A stretch of DNA of 64,000 nt from a candidate division FCPU426 bacterium (GTDB lineage: Bacteria; Oederibacteriota; JAAXVQ01; JAUVAV01): positions 959,078 to 1,023,077 of the forward strand of contig JBFLYH010000002.1 in the NCBI GenBank assembly GCA_040756875.1. The letters run 5' to 3'. The translations under genes were made by a program, and so were the position numbers. This document shows, in pieces, positions 49,625 to 59,044 of this stretch. Positions within the stretch are counted from its first letter, which is position 1; the number at the start of each line of letters is the position of its first letter. The notes below the pieces were generated by a model. That model searched no databases. It was given only the letters and a program-made list of their open reading frames with translations, and was not told the origin of the DNA.

Positions 49625-51735
49625 CGGGGCGTGCGGGTTACCTGCAGGGGCGAACGCGAACGGCGGGCCGATCCCATGGGCGCCACTTTCAGGTTCACCT
49701 GATACCGGCCGGCCGGAAGGCCCGGCGGCACTGCCAGCTGATAAATTTCCTCCAGATTGCCGGGCGCGTAGGCCCACGAGGGCGGGGGCCAGTAACCCAG
49801 GCGCCGGACCGCTTTCCAGGGCCGGCGCAGGGTTCCGGAAACGGACGGCTGGATCCAAAAATACACCACCCATTGTTCGCCGTTGGGCGCGGGCAGAAAT
49901 TGCCAGCGCAAGGAAACAGTCAGCACGGAATCCAAACCCTCCGAAGCGGCCGGCGGCTGCACGCCGGCTGCCACCAGGCGCATGGGTCCTGCCGTCTCCA
50001 GCGGAGACGGGGTTTTGGCCGGGCCCAGGCCTGATTCGCCCCAGACCGGGCCGCGGGCCACGGGAAACGGTTCAACGTGATAGGCTGAAAACCGCCGGTT
50101 GGTTCCGTCCGGGCCGTTCACTAAATAGCCTCCATCCTCCATTGCCAATAATCTGAAGCTTTGCAGAAAGTATTCCCAAGCCGGAGAGGACAGTTTGGGC
50201 CTGGCCAAGACCACCACCGGTTTTCCCGCCGACACCTGTTGGCCGAGTTCCCGGTTCCAGGCGGCCCATTTGCGCCAGGCCTTGCCTTTTTCCGCAGCGC
50301 GGGCGCCGGCGGCAGCCGGCCAGGGTTTGGACAGAGGTTGCAGCAGCAAATCCGGACGCACGCCTTTGCGGGTTTGCAGCAACAAAGGCAGCAGCCCCTG
50401 CTGCATGTCCGGAAAAACCACGATGGCGGATTCGGGCAGGCTTTTCATCCCGCGGCCGACTTCGTCCACGTCGGAAATCCGGGGGCCGGATGCCGCTTCC
50501 GGCCATCCCTGCAGCAACATCAGCACCGGGGCCAGGGCCACCAGGCTCATGCCGATCCAGGTGGGCTTGAGACGCATGCCCAGGCTCAAGCGGTGGTCGC
50601 CCTGCCCCAGCACGGTCAGGACATACTGCAGGGCTTCCAAACCCAGCCAGGGGCCGGCCATGGCCAGCCCCAGCATCACGTCCTCGCTTTGCCGCAGGGG
50701 CAGCAGCAGCAAACCCGCCAGGGAACAGACGATCAGAAGCGCCAGGAACTGGCGTCCCGGCAGGTTGATTTCCTCGGTTACGCGCAGCGGGGTTTTGAGA
50801 AACAACCGGCGCAGGTTGGCGGCCAGCCCCAGGCCGGCCAAGGCCCAGGAAAAAACGGGAAAATGCCGCAGCCAGACGGACCAGACCGTCGACCAAGGTC
50901 CCTGCGGGGCAGCAGGGGGGGACCCGTGCGACTGGAGCTGGGTCAGGAAGCCCTGCCAGGCGTGAAGGTTCAGGGCCGGGCCGAGCGGCTGGAAATGATC
51001 CGTGTTGATGAAGACGTGATCCGCAGTCAAGCGCAGGGGCAGGTACAGATAGGGCAGCAAGGCGCCAACCAGGGCCGCGGCCACGGCCTGGCCGTACATC
51101 CAGGCCTGCACGCGTTGGCGGGGGAGCCCCAGCACCAACCCCAGGAGCAGGGCCGAGGCTGCCCAAGGAAGCAAGCCCAGGGATTGGGAAGCCGTGGCGC
51201 CCAATAAAGCGGCCCAGGCCGTGAGGCGCCAGACGGACACCGGGTGACGGCCGGGCGTGAGCAGACCCAGCGTTAAGTACACGCCAACAGCCAACAGCCA
51301 AAGGTGGAAGGACATCGGGCCGATGCGCAAGCCGGCCTGCCAGACCGGAAAAAACCAAAAACAGGACAAAGCCGTGGCCAGGGAGACGAAGGGCGGAAAC
51401 AACAGGCGGCGCGCGATCAAATAAACGAACAGGCAGGTTCCGGAGCCGAACAGCAGGCTGAGCAGGCGGTACCGCCACAGCTCTTCGCCCAAGGGCAGCA
51501 CGACGGACAGGAACTTGGCGCTGAGCAGATACAACGGATAGCCCGGAAAACGGACCACGCCCAGCGTGCTCGCGCCCAGCACCCATTCGGCCTGGCCGCC
51601 GGCCCACGAGCTTGTGGCCAGCCAGGGCCAGGAAGTCAGCAAGGGCAGGAAAAAAGCCAGCAGGCCGAACCAGCCGTCGGGTTTAAGGAAGAAAATCGTC
51701 TGATCCACCCGTTCCGGGCGAGAGGGTGCGTACAC
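49537..51735 (-). CDS. DUF2723/TMEM260-like GT-C membrane protein (divergent)
   Basis: GVVRFPGYPLY, LPYLYLPLR, many TMs; GGAGG before GTG 51735 (ORF track starts at 51789). Confidence 0.7.
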   Translation of the reverse strand: MYAPSRPERVDQTIFFLKPDGWFGLLAFFLPLLTSWPWLATSSWAGGQAEWVLGASTLGVVRFPGYPLYLLSAKFLSVVLPLGEELWRYRLLSLLFGSGTCLFVYLIARRLLFPPFVSLATALSCFWFFPVWQAGLRIGPMSFHLWLLAVGVYLTLGLLTPGRHPVSVWRLTAWAALLGATASQSLGLLPWAASALLLGLVLGLPRQRVQAWMYGQAVAAALVGALLPYLYLPLRLTADHVFINTDHFQPLGPALNLHAWQGFLTQLQSHGSPPAAPQGPWSTVWSVWLRHFPVFSWALAGLGLAANLRRLFLKTPLRVTEEINLPGRQFLALLIVCSLAGLLLLPLRQSEDVMLGLAMAGPWLGLEALQYVLTVLGQGDHRLSLGMRLKPTWIGMSLVALAPVLMLLQGWPEAASGPRISDVDEVGRGMKSLPESAIVVFPDMQQGLLPLLLQTRKGVRPDLLLQPLSKPWPAAAGARAAEKGKAWRKWAAWNRELGQQVSAGKPVVVLARPKLSSPAWEYFLQSFRLLAMEDGGYLVNGPDGTNRRFSAYHVEPFPVARGPVWGESGLGPAKTPSPLETAGPMRLVAAGVQPPAASEGLDSVLTVSLRWQFLPAPNGEQWVVYFWIQPSVSGTLRRPWKAVRRLGYWPPPSWAYAPGNLEEIYQLAVPPGLPAGRYQVNLKVAPMGSARRSRSPLQVTRTPRYFPACEFTVVAPGSTAAPSNRPIVVPGK

Positions 51736-52072
51736 GAGCAGCAAGCCTCCGCGGAGCCTGAGCCGGTGACGGCGTACGCTCCAGAGCATTTAAAGCAGAC
51801 AGGGTGATTCGAGAGCAGACAGCAGCAAGGTGAAAGGGCAGCCACTGCGTTCACCTTGCTGCTGTCTGCTTATATTGTATCTGATTCACTGTCCGAGTGC
51901 CGGATGGCGCTCAGTCCGATTATACCCGCCCGGCGCCTTGAGCCAAGCATTAAGTTGCTGGACGCCCATTTTTCTTCTCTATCTCGCCGCAAGCCGGAGG
52001 CAGGGCAGGGACGGGAGCCGGGTCTGACGAAAATCATTCATTTAAGCTGGTCGGCGTCAAAGGCTTTAAAAG

Positions 52073-52101
52073 TTGACAAGGCCATGACCCCCGACTATAA
52101 T
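52073..52101 (+). promoter_or_regulatory. Consensus sigma70 promoter
   Basis: TTGACA-17 nt-TATAAT. Confidence 0.85.
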
Positions 52102-52107
52102 TGCACC

Positions 52108-52310
52108 AATTGTATTAAATTTTAGGCTTTTTCTGACCCTCGGTCTGTTCCGCCCTACCCGAACGAACGGGTTCCCGCAAGTTATCCCGCAACGCCGAAG
52201 ACCTTGGGTATGCCAGGGTATAAAGGCGTCATCAAGCGTTGCGGGATGTCGCCTGCCACTTGGCCGACGACGCGAGGATGTTTAGTTATACCCCGGGCTT
52301 CGCCCGGGGG
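52108..52310 (+). ncRNA. Candidate ~200-nt structured ncRNA or leader
   Basis: Follows the consensus promoter; stems CCTCG/CGAGG and ATCCCGCAACGC/GCGTTGCGGGAT; terminal CCCCGGGC-TTC-GCCCGGGG hairpin. Confidence 0.4.
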
Positions 52311-52337
52311 CTCTATATATATAATGTAGGCGTGGGC

Positions 52338-52354
52338 TTGGCACGGGAATGGCT
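52338..52354 (+). promoter_or_regulatory. Putative sigma54 promoter
   Basis: TTGGCACG-GGAA-TGGCT; GG (52340-1) and GC (52352-3) correctly spaced; one mismatch at -12. Confidence 0.45.
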
Positions 52355-52380
52355 TTGACACAGGAAGGGGATTCGCGCTG

Positions 52381-54786
52381 GTGACCGGTATTTTCGTGTG
52401 GTGGTTGTTGATCACAATCATGGGGCTGGCTGTTGTCCCGATCGCGTTCCGGGTTTTTCCGTTTCTTCCTGACCGGGGATATGCGTTTTCCAAACCCTTG
52501 GGGCTGGTGCTGGTCGGGCTGCTGACCTGGTGGATCGGGCAGGTGCATTTTTCAGTCCTTACCATTCTCCTGGCATTCGGGCTGATCGCCGGCCTGTCGT
52601 ATTGGCTGTGGGTCCGCTCGGCCGCGGAGTTCCGTTCCCTGCTGTCCGAGCGGCTCGGGTTGATCGTGGCGGTGGAACTGTTTTTCGCGGTTCTCTTCCT
52701 CCTTTTCTGCTGGTTCCGCATGTACAACCCGGACATCATCGGCACCGAAAAATTCATGGACCTGGCGTTTCTCAATTCGCTCTCCCGCGCCACGTCGTTT
52801 CCGCCGCCGGACCCGTGGATGGCCGGCTCGAAATTTTTCATCAGCTACTATTATTTCGGCTACCTGCTCATGGCCATTCTGCTCCGCCTGTCGGCCGTGG
52901 CGCCGGCCGTGGGCTTCAATCTTTCCCTGGGCATGCTGTTCGCGCTCGCCGGGATCAGCACGTTCGGCGTGCTGTACAACCTCACGCGGCGCCTGAGCGC
53001 GGGCTTTGGCGGCTGGGCGCTGATCTACCTGATCGGCAATCTCGACGGGTTCAGGCAGGTGCTCGCCACCAAAAGCATCGCCAGCTTCAACTGGTGGACG
53101 CCGTCGCGCGTCATCCCCGACACCATCAACGAGTTTCCGTTTTTCTCCTTTCTCCTCGGGGACATGCATCCGCACATGCTGTCCATCCCCGTGGTCATGC
53201 TGACCCTGGGGTTCACGCTGAACCAGCTCAAATCCATGAACCGCGAGCCGAACTTCCGCGAGCCGGAGCAGCTTGCGACTACGCTGCTCTGGGGCCTGCT
53301 GATCGGGGCGCTGGGGTTCGCCAACAGCTGGGACCTGCCCACCACCTTCGGGCTGGCAGGGGCGGCGTTTCTGCTGCAGCAGTTGCGTTTCAAGCCGCGC
53401 CTGGCTGACCTGCCCTGGCGGCAGTGGGGGCTGGGCCTGGCGCTGATGCTGGGCGCCATGTTCGTGCCGTACCTGCCCTTTTATTTCCACTTCCACAGCC
53501 AGGCCAAAGGCCTTGCCTGGACCACGCAGAACACCCGGTTGGGGGATTTTCTGCTCCTCTTCGGCGTGTTCGCCTATCTCGGCCTGACCTTTCTCCTGGC
53601 CCGATACCATGCCTGGTTTTTGGCCGTGCTGTCCCGTCCGCAGGCCGCCTCCGGGGAAGGCAAGGCCGCCAAAGCCAAAGCCAGCCGTTTCTGCCCGCAG
53701 TGCGGGCATACGCTGCGCGAAGGCAAGCGCATTTGCGGCCAATGCGGGTACCAGACGGCGGGCGGAGGGTCTGAACAGGAATCTTCGCTCCTGTTGCGGC
53801 CCGTGGAAGAAACGCCGGAATGGCTGCGCGGGCTGTTCCTGTTCCTGCTGCAGCCCGTGGCGCGCTGGCGCCAGGGCCGGGGCGCGGCCCTGATCACAGC
53901 CGGCGTGCTCGCGGCGGCGGTCGGCGGCGCGCTGGTGAAAGGCCTCTTTTTCTCCACGCCGGGCAATCCCGCGCCCGTGTTCCTCGGCATCATGATTTTC
54001 GCGCTGGCGGCCGCCACCCTGCTGCTGTTCGCCCGCGTGGACAAGCCGGAGACAGTGTTCGCCCTGCTGCTGCTGGCCACGGCCCTGGCGCTGTTCATGG
54101 GCTGTGAAGTGCTGCATATCAACGACACCTTCAATCCGCCGCTGGACAGGATGAACACGGTTTTCAAGTTTTACTACCAGGCCTGGTTCCTGCTGGGCAT
54201 CGCCGGCGTCTACGGCGTTTTCTGGACCTGGAAGTATTCGCTGCGCCACGCGAACCTCAAGGTGGTCTGGCTGTCGGGCCTGGCCCTGCTGCTGGCCGCG
54301 AGCCTGGTTTATCCTTACGCGGCCGCGGGCGTCAAGACCAACCGGTTTGCCACCCTCCCGACCCTGGACGGCTCGGCATACCTGAATCAGGCGTACCCGG
54401 CCGACCGCGCGGGCATCGAATGGCTGCGCCGTTCGGTGGCCGGCAATCCCGTGGTGCTGGAAGCCACGGGCGGCGAATATACGGATTTTGCCCGCGTGTC
54501 CACGTTCACGGGCCTGCCCACGGTCCTGGGCTGGGCCGGCCACGAACTGCAGTGGCGCGGGAACTACGACGAACCCGGCCGGCGGATTCCGGACATCGAC
54601 ACGCTCTACGGCTCTTCGGACGTGGCGGCCACTCAGGCCCTGCTGGACAAATACCAGATTACTTACGTTTTTGTCGGCACCCTGGAGCGGCAAAAATACC
54701 CGGAAGAAGCGCTGGCGAAATTCACCCAGTTGATGGACGTGGCGTTCGAACACCCCGGCGGCGTGCGGATCTACCGCCGGCGGTGA
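52381..54786 (+). CDS. DUF2298 (Chlor_Arch_YYY) membrane protein with zinc-ribbon insert
   Basis: TEKFMD, PPPDPW, YYYFG, INEFPFFSFLLGDMHPH, RMNTVFKFYYQ, TGLPTVLGWAGHELQWR; CPQC...CGQC. Confidence 0.88.
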   Translation: MTGIFVWWLLITIMGLAVVPIAFRVFPFLPDRGYAFSKPLGLVLVGLLTWWIGQVHFSVLTILLAFGLIAGLSYWLWVRSAAEFRSLLSERLGLIVAVELFFAVLFLLFCWFRMYNPDIIGTEKFMDLAFLNSLSRATSFPPPDPWMAGSKFFISYYYFGYLLMAILLRLSAVAPAVGFNLSLGMLFALAGISTFGVLYNLTRRLSAGFGGWALIYLIGNLDGFRQVLATKSIASFNWWTPSRVIPDTINEFPFFSFLLGDMHPHMLSIPVVMLTLGFTLNQLKSMNREPNFREPEQLATTLLWGLLIGALGFANSWDLPTTFGLAGAAFLLQQLRFKPRLADLPWRQWGLGLALMLGAMFVPYLPFYFHFHSQAKGLAWTTQNTRLGDFLLLFGVFAYLGLTFLLARYHAWFLAVLSRPQAASGEGKAAKAKASRFCPQCGHTLREGKRICGQCGYQTAGGGSEQESSLLLRPVEETPEWLRGLFLFLLQPVARWRQGRGAALITAGVLAAAVGGALVKGLFFSTPGNPAPVFLGIMIFALAAATLLLFARVDKPETVFALLLLATALALFMGCEVLHINDTFNPPLDRMNTVFKFYYQAWFLLGIAGVYGVFWTWKYSLRHANLKVVWLSGLALLLAASLVYPYAAAGVKTNRFATLPTLDGSAYLNQAYPADRAGIEWLRRSVAGNPVVLEATGGEYTDFARVSTFTGLPTVLGWAGHELQWRGNYDEPGRRIPDIDTLYGSSDVAATQALLDKYQITYVFVGTLERQKYPEEALAKFTQLMDVAFEHPGGVRIYRRR

Positions 54787-54870
54787 TCGCTGTGTATTGC
54801 CCCGGTGAGGAGCTCTCCGGGGTGACGTTGCCGGAACGACAAATTGAGTGAATATCGAAGGAGGCTCGGC

Positions 54871-56859
54871 GTGAACTGCCCGAACTGCGGCGCGGAAAAC
54901 CCCGCCACCAACCTGTTCTGCGACTCGTGCGGGACCAAGCTGGTCAAACGAGACGCAGAAAAGCAGAAGAAAAAGCACATTCCCGAAGGGAGGGGCGTTC
55001 AGGTGAACACCCCTGCTCAAACCAAATCCTACCTGCCGGCCGAACCCGTAAAGCCGGCGTTGTCCCTGACCGCCGTTCCGCTCGAAACCCTGGCCTGGGC
55101 CGTGGTCTTCGCGGTGGGCGCCTGGCTGCTGTTTTTCCAACTGGGCATGAAGCCCCTCCACCACGACGAGAGCCTGCACGCCTATTACGCCTGGGAGCTG
55201 TTCAAGGGCATGGGCTACAAGTACAACCCCATGATGCACGGCCCCTTCCTGTTCCACGCCAATGCCCTCATGTATTTCCTGTTCGGCGCCTCGGATTACA
55301 CCTGCCGCATCATGCCCGCGCTCGCGGGCCTGACGGTGCTGGTGGTCACGTACTTCCTGCGCCCCTATCTGGGCCGGACCGGCGCCCTGTTCACGGCGGC
55401 CATCATCGCCCTGTCGCCGTCCTTTACGTACTTCGGCCGGTTCATCCGCAACGACATTTACATTGCCGCGGATTCCATGCTCATGATTTACGGTTTTTTC
55501 CGCTATCTGGACACGCGCAAGCCCCGCTTTCTCTACCTGGCCGCCGTCGGCCTGGGCCTGGCGTTTTGCACCAAGGAAGTCACCTACATCAACGGCGCGA
55601 TTTTCGTGACGTTCATGTTTTTCCGCTGGCTGTGGGAGTACACCATGCGCCCCGGCGCGGGCGAGAGCCGCTTCCTGCCGGCGCTGCAGGACCTGCTTAA
55701 ACAGAGGAAGCCGCTGTGGGTTTCAGCCGGCATATTCTTCGGCCTGGTGCTCGTGCTCTACACCACCGTGTTCACCAACCCCAAGGGCTTCCTGGACGCG
55801 TTCACCGCTTCGCTGACCTATTGGCTGGGGCAGCACGAGGTGCAGCGCGGCAGCCAGCCGGTCTACTTCTACGCCGGGTTGATCCCCCTGTACGAAACCC
55901 TGACCACCCTGGGCGCGATCGGCGCCCTGGTTTACTACAGCTTCCTCAAGGACCGGGCCCACCGCGTCTGGCGCCTGTCCGCCTACCTGATCCTGGCCGC
56001 GGCCTGGTGGCTGTTCGCCTCGCAGGGCAACGAGACCTTCGGCCTGATATTCTCGCTGCTGCTCGTCACGCTGGGCGTGGGTATGCTGGCGTATTTTTCG
56101 TTCGCCGAGGGCAATACGTTCGTCACGTTCCTGCAGTTGTGGACCCTGGCGGCTTTTTCGGATTATTCCTTCGCGGGCGAGCGCATGCCCTGGCTGATCC
56201 TCCACCCCCTGCTGCCCATGACGCTTTTGACCGGGTTTTGGCTGGGGGAACTGTGGAACCGCTTCCAGCGCCAGCGGGCCTGGCTGCTCGCCGTCTTTAC
56301 CGCGGGCGCCGTGCTCATGCTGCACAACGCCAGCCTGGTGAACTTCTACGGCGGCGGGGCGAACCCCGCGGAGCTCCTGGTGTACGTGCAGTCCTCGACC
56401 GACGTCAAGCAGGTGGTGCGGCAGCTCACCAATATGTCCAAGCGCCTGACCGGCGGGCTGGAGATGAAGATCACCTGCGAGGATTACTGCTCCTGGCCTT
56501 TCGCCTGGTACCTGCGCGATTTCAAGTTCGTGGGGTATCCCAAGTTTACGGCCACCCAGTCGCCGGGCTCGATCGAGGAAAACCCCGTGATCATCACCGG
56601 CGTGGAAATGGCCGCGCCCGGGCACGATGACCGCGTGGCCGAGCTCCTGGCGGAGAAGTACGTGGCCCAGCGCTACAAATTGCGCGTGTGGTGGGCCCCG
56701 GACAGCCGCGCGTTTTTTGACGACACCTTCGGCGGAAAACTGAAGAAGATCTGGAAATTGGTGGTGTACAAGGAGCCGTGGAGCGGGCTCGGGTCCTACG
56801 ACATGATCGTGTACGTGCGCAAGGACCTGGCCCATTTGTACTGGAGCCACGCGGAGTAA
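54871..56859 (+). CDS. TIGR03663 / Agl23-like GT-C membrane protein with N-terminal zinc ribbon
   Basis: AAGGAGG + GTG; CPNC...CDSC; HHDESLHA, YNPMMHGP, RFIRND, TKE, MPWL, LVYVQS, WPFAWYLR. Confidence 0.85.
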   Translation: MNCPNCGAENPATNLFCDSCGTKLVKRDAEKQKKKHIPEGRGVQVNTPAQTKSYLPAEPVKPALSLTAVPLETLAWAVVFAVGAWLLFFQLGMKPLHHDESLHAYYAWELFKGMGYKYNPMMHGPFLFHANALMYFLFGASDYTCRIMPALAGLTVLVVTYFLRPYLGRTGALFTAAIIALSPSFTYFGRFIRNDIYIAADSMLMIYGFFRYLDTRKPRFLYLAAVGLGLAFCTKEVTYINGAIFVTFMFFRWLWEYTMRPGAGESRFLPALQDLLKQRKPLWVSAGIFFGLVLVLYTTVFTNPKGFLDAFTASLTYWLGQHEVQRGSQPVYFYAGLIPLYETLTTLGAIGALVYYSFLKDRAHRVWRLSAYLILAAAWWLFASQGNETFGLIFSLLLVTLGVGMLAYFSFAEGNTFVTFLQLWTLAAFSDYSFAGERMPWLILHPLLPMTLLTGFWLGELWNRFQRQRAWLLAVFTAGAVLMLHNASLVNFYGGGANPAELLVYVQSSTDVKQVVRQLTNMSKRLTGGLEMKITCEDYCSWPFAWYLRDFKFVGYPKFTATQSPGSIEENPVIITGVEMAAPGHDDRVAELLAEKYVAQRYKLRVWWAPDSRAFFDDTFGGKLKKIWKLVVYKEPWSGLGSYDMIVYVRKDLAHLYWSHAE

Positions 56860-56866
56860 AACGACA

Positions 56867-56888
56867 CCCTCCCCTTTGAGGGGGAGGG
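56867..56888. repeat. Short intergenic palindrome
   Basis: CCCTCCCC-TTTGAG-GGGGAGGG. Confidence 0.45.
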
Positions 56889-56915
56889 GGAAAAATAAAG
56901 ACGGAGGAAAGAAAC

Positions 56916-57872
56916 ATGCGTCAGCAGGAAAAAGTTGCGGCGATTGTGTTGGGTGCCAGCGTCGTGGTTTTGGCGGTCGCCATTTTCTTCGGTTTGCAGC
57001 GCGGCCGCGACGGCAACGCCAAACCCGGCGGCCAGGCCAACCCCATGGCCGGCGGCGACCGGGGCAAGGCGTCCGGGCAGTTGTGGGACCCGCGCGGTGT
57101 GGCCGTGGACGCCAAGGGCTTCGTGTACGTGGTGGATTCGAGCAACCACCGCATCCAGAAGTTCGACGCCGAAGGCAAGTTCGTGGCCAAGTGGGGGCAG
57201 GAAGGGCAGGGCGACGGCGAGTTCAAGACGCCGGGCGGCATCGACGTGGGGCCGGACGGGAACGTGTACGTGGCGGACACCTGGAACCACCGGATACAAA
57301 AGTTCGACAACCGGGGCAAGTTCCTCAAGCAGTGGCCGGGCGAGGGCGGGTTCTGGGGGCCGCGTGACGTAGCCGTGGATTCCAAAGGCTTCGTGTACGT
57401 GACGGACACGGGCAACCGCCGCATCCAGAAGTTCACCGGCGACGGCCAGTTCGTCAAGATGTGGGGGCAGAAAGGCTCGGGCCCCAACGACTACGACGAG
57501 CCCTTCGGCATTAAAGCCGACGACAAGGATTTGCTGTATATCTGCGACCGCCTCAATTTCCGCATTCAGGTCTGCGACACCGAGGGGCGCCTGGTCCGTT
57601 CCTGGCCCGTGGACGGCTGGCAGAAGGAACAGTTCTTCATGGAGCCCTACCTCTCCATCGACAACCGCCGCGACCGGGTGTACGTGACCGACCCGACCAA
57701 GCACCGCGTGCTGGTGTACGACCGCCAGGGCGGATTCAAGCAGCACCTGCTGCAGGACCCGGCCACCCAGCAGGCGTTTTCCACGCCCCTGGGCGTGGCG
57801 GTGAACGAGGAAACCGGCATGATTTATATCACGGATATGACGGCCAACCGGCTGTATAAAATCCAGCCTTAG
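56916..57872 (+). CDS. Membrane-anchored NHL-repeat beta-propeller
   Basis: N-terminal TM; PRGVAVD..G.VYV.D..NHRIQKF repeats. Confidence 0.92.
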   Translation: MRQQEKVAAIVLGASVVVLAVAIFFGLQRGRDGNAKPGGQANPMAGGDRGKASGQLWDPRGVAVDAKGFVYVVDSSNHRIQKFDAEGKFVAKWGQEGQGDGEFKTPGGIDVGPDGNVYVADTWNHRIQKFDNRGKFLKQWPGEGGFWGPRDVAVDSKGFVYVTDTGNRRIQKFTGDGQFVKMWGQKGSGPNDYDEPFGIKADDKDLLYICDRLNFRIQVCDTEGRLVRSWPVDGWQKEQFFMEPYLSIDNRRDRVYVTDPTKHRVLVYDRQGGFKQHLLQDPATQQAFSTPLGVAVNEETGMIYITDMTANRLYKIQP

Positions 57873-57883
57873 GAGGGATGAAC

Positions 57884-58996
57884 ATGGCCACCAAACGCAA
57901 ACCAAGCCGGACGCAAACCAAGCCGGCGGCGCGCAAATCCGCGGCGGCGCGCAAGCCTGCTGGCGCCGCACTCAAAACCAGCGCGGCCAAAGCCGCCGCC
58001 GGACGCAAACCCGCCCACCGCGAAAGCCATAAAACCGCCTCCGGCGGCAACCGCGGCCTGGTGTTTTTCGGCGCGATCGCCGTGCTGGTCGTGGCCATGG
58101 CCGTGGTCGCAAAACTCAGGCAGGGGCCGCCGGTGAAGCTCCTGCCCGCGGAGGTGCTGGGCACTTACACCGCGGCGGACAACGCCGCCGGCGCCCTGTC
58201 GTCGCCGCGCGGGATCGCCGTGACGCGTGAAGGGGAAGTGGTGGTGGCTGATCTGGGCAACCACCGGATCGTGGCTTTTGCGCCGGACGGCAGCGTGGCC
58301 GACACCTGGGGCCGCAAGGGCACGGCCGCCGGCGAGTTCAACGAGCCGTCGGGCGTGGCCGTGGACAGCCGAGGCGACTTCTACGTGGCCGACACCTGGA
58401 ACGGACGCATCCAAAAATTCTCCCCCCGCGGCGAGTACTTCGGCGAAATCACCTCGAAAACCGGGAACTTCTATTCGCCGCGCAACGTGGCCGTGGACAG
58501 CCATGGGTTCGTGTACGTGGCGGACACGGGCAATTCCTGCGTGAAGAAATTCGACACGGACGCCAACCTGGTGAAACGCTGGGGCGAATACGGCTCCGGG
58601 CACGACCGGTTCCAGGAAACCTTCGGCCTGGCCGTGGACGCGGCCGGCCAGGTGTACGTGGGCGACGCGGGCAACCGCCGCATCAAAATTTACACCAGCG
58701 ACGGCAAGTTCCTGCGCGACCTGCGGGTCAAGGGCTGGCAGAGCGGGGTGGGCTGGCCCATGCTGGCGCTGGACGCGCAGGGCCGGGTTTACGCCACGGA
58801 CGTGCAGCACAACATGGTATGGATTTACAGCCGCGAGGGCAAGTACCTGGGGAGCTTCGGCAACCAGCCGGGCAAGGAGCTGTTCTCCTCGCCGCTGGGG
58901 ATCGCCATCGGGCCGGACGGCAGCGTGTACGTGTCGAACATGAACCGCGGCGAGATTCTGAAACTCAAAGGCTTGGCCCCGGAGCCGCCGAAATAG
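57884..58996 (+). CDS. Membrane-anchored NHL-repeat protein with Lys/Ala-rich N-terminal tail
   Basis: Basic tail, TM, NHL repeats (P.GVAVD...ADTWNGRIQKF). Confidence 0.92.
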   Translation: MATKRKPSRTQTKPAARKSAAARKPAGAALKTSAAKAAAGRKPAHRESHKTASGGNRGLVFFGAIAVLVVAMAVVAKLRQGPPVKLLPAEVLGTYTAADNAAGALSSPRGIAVTREGEVVVADLGNHRIVAFAPDGSVADTWGRKGTAAGEFNEPSGVAVDSRGDFYVADTWNGRIQKFSPRGEYFGEITSKTGNFYSPRNVAVDSHGFVYVADTGNSCVKKFDTDANLVKRWGEYGSGHDRFQETFGLAVDAAGQVYVGDAGNRRIKIYTSDGKFLRDLRVKGWQSGVGWPMLALDAQGRVYATDVQHNMVWIYSREGKYLGSFGNQPGKELFSSPLGIAIGPDGSVYVSNMNRGEILKLKGLAPEPPK

Positions 58997-59044
58997 GGCG
59001 CGCCCGGGCATCGTGGTCATCCCCGAGGGATGAGGAGGGACGGC

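Noticed and set aside
52291-52310. IS200/IS605 end hairpin
   Set aside because: The shape is similar, but there is no tnpA/tnpB or partner end nearby
52552-55257. 901-aa antisense ORF (and similar long minus-strand ORFs such as 22611-24320, 31400-32899, 57869-59917)
   Set aside because: They mirror well-supported + strand genes and have no recognisable domains
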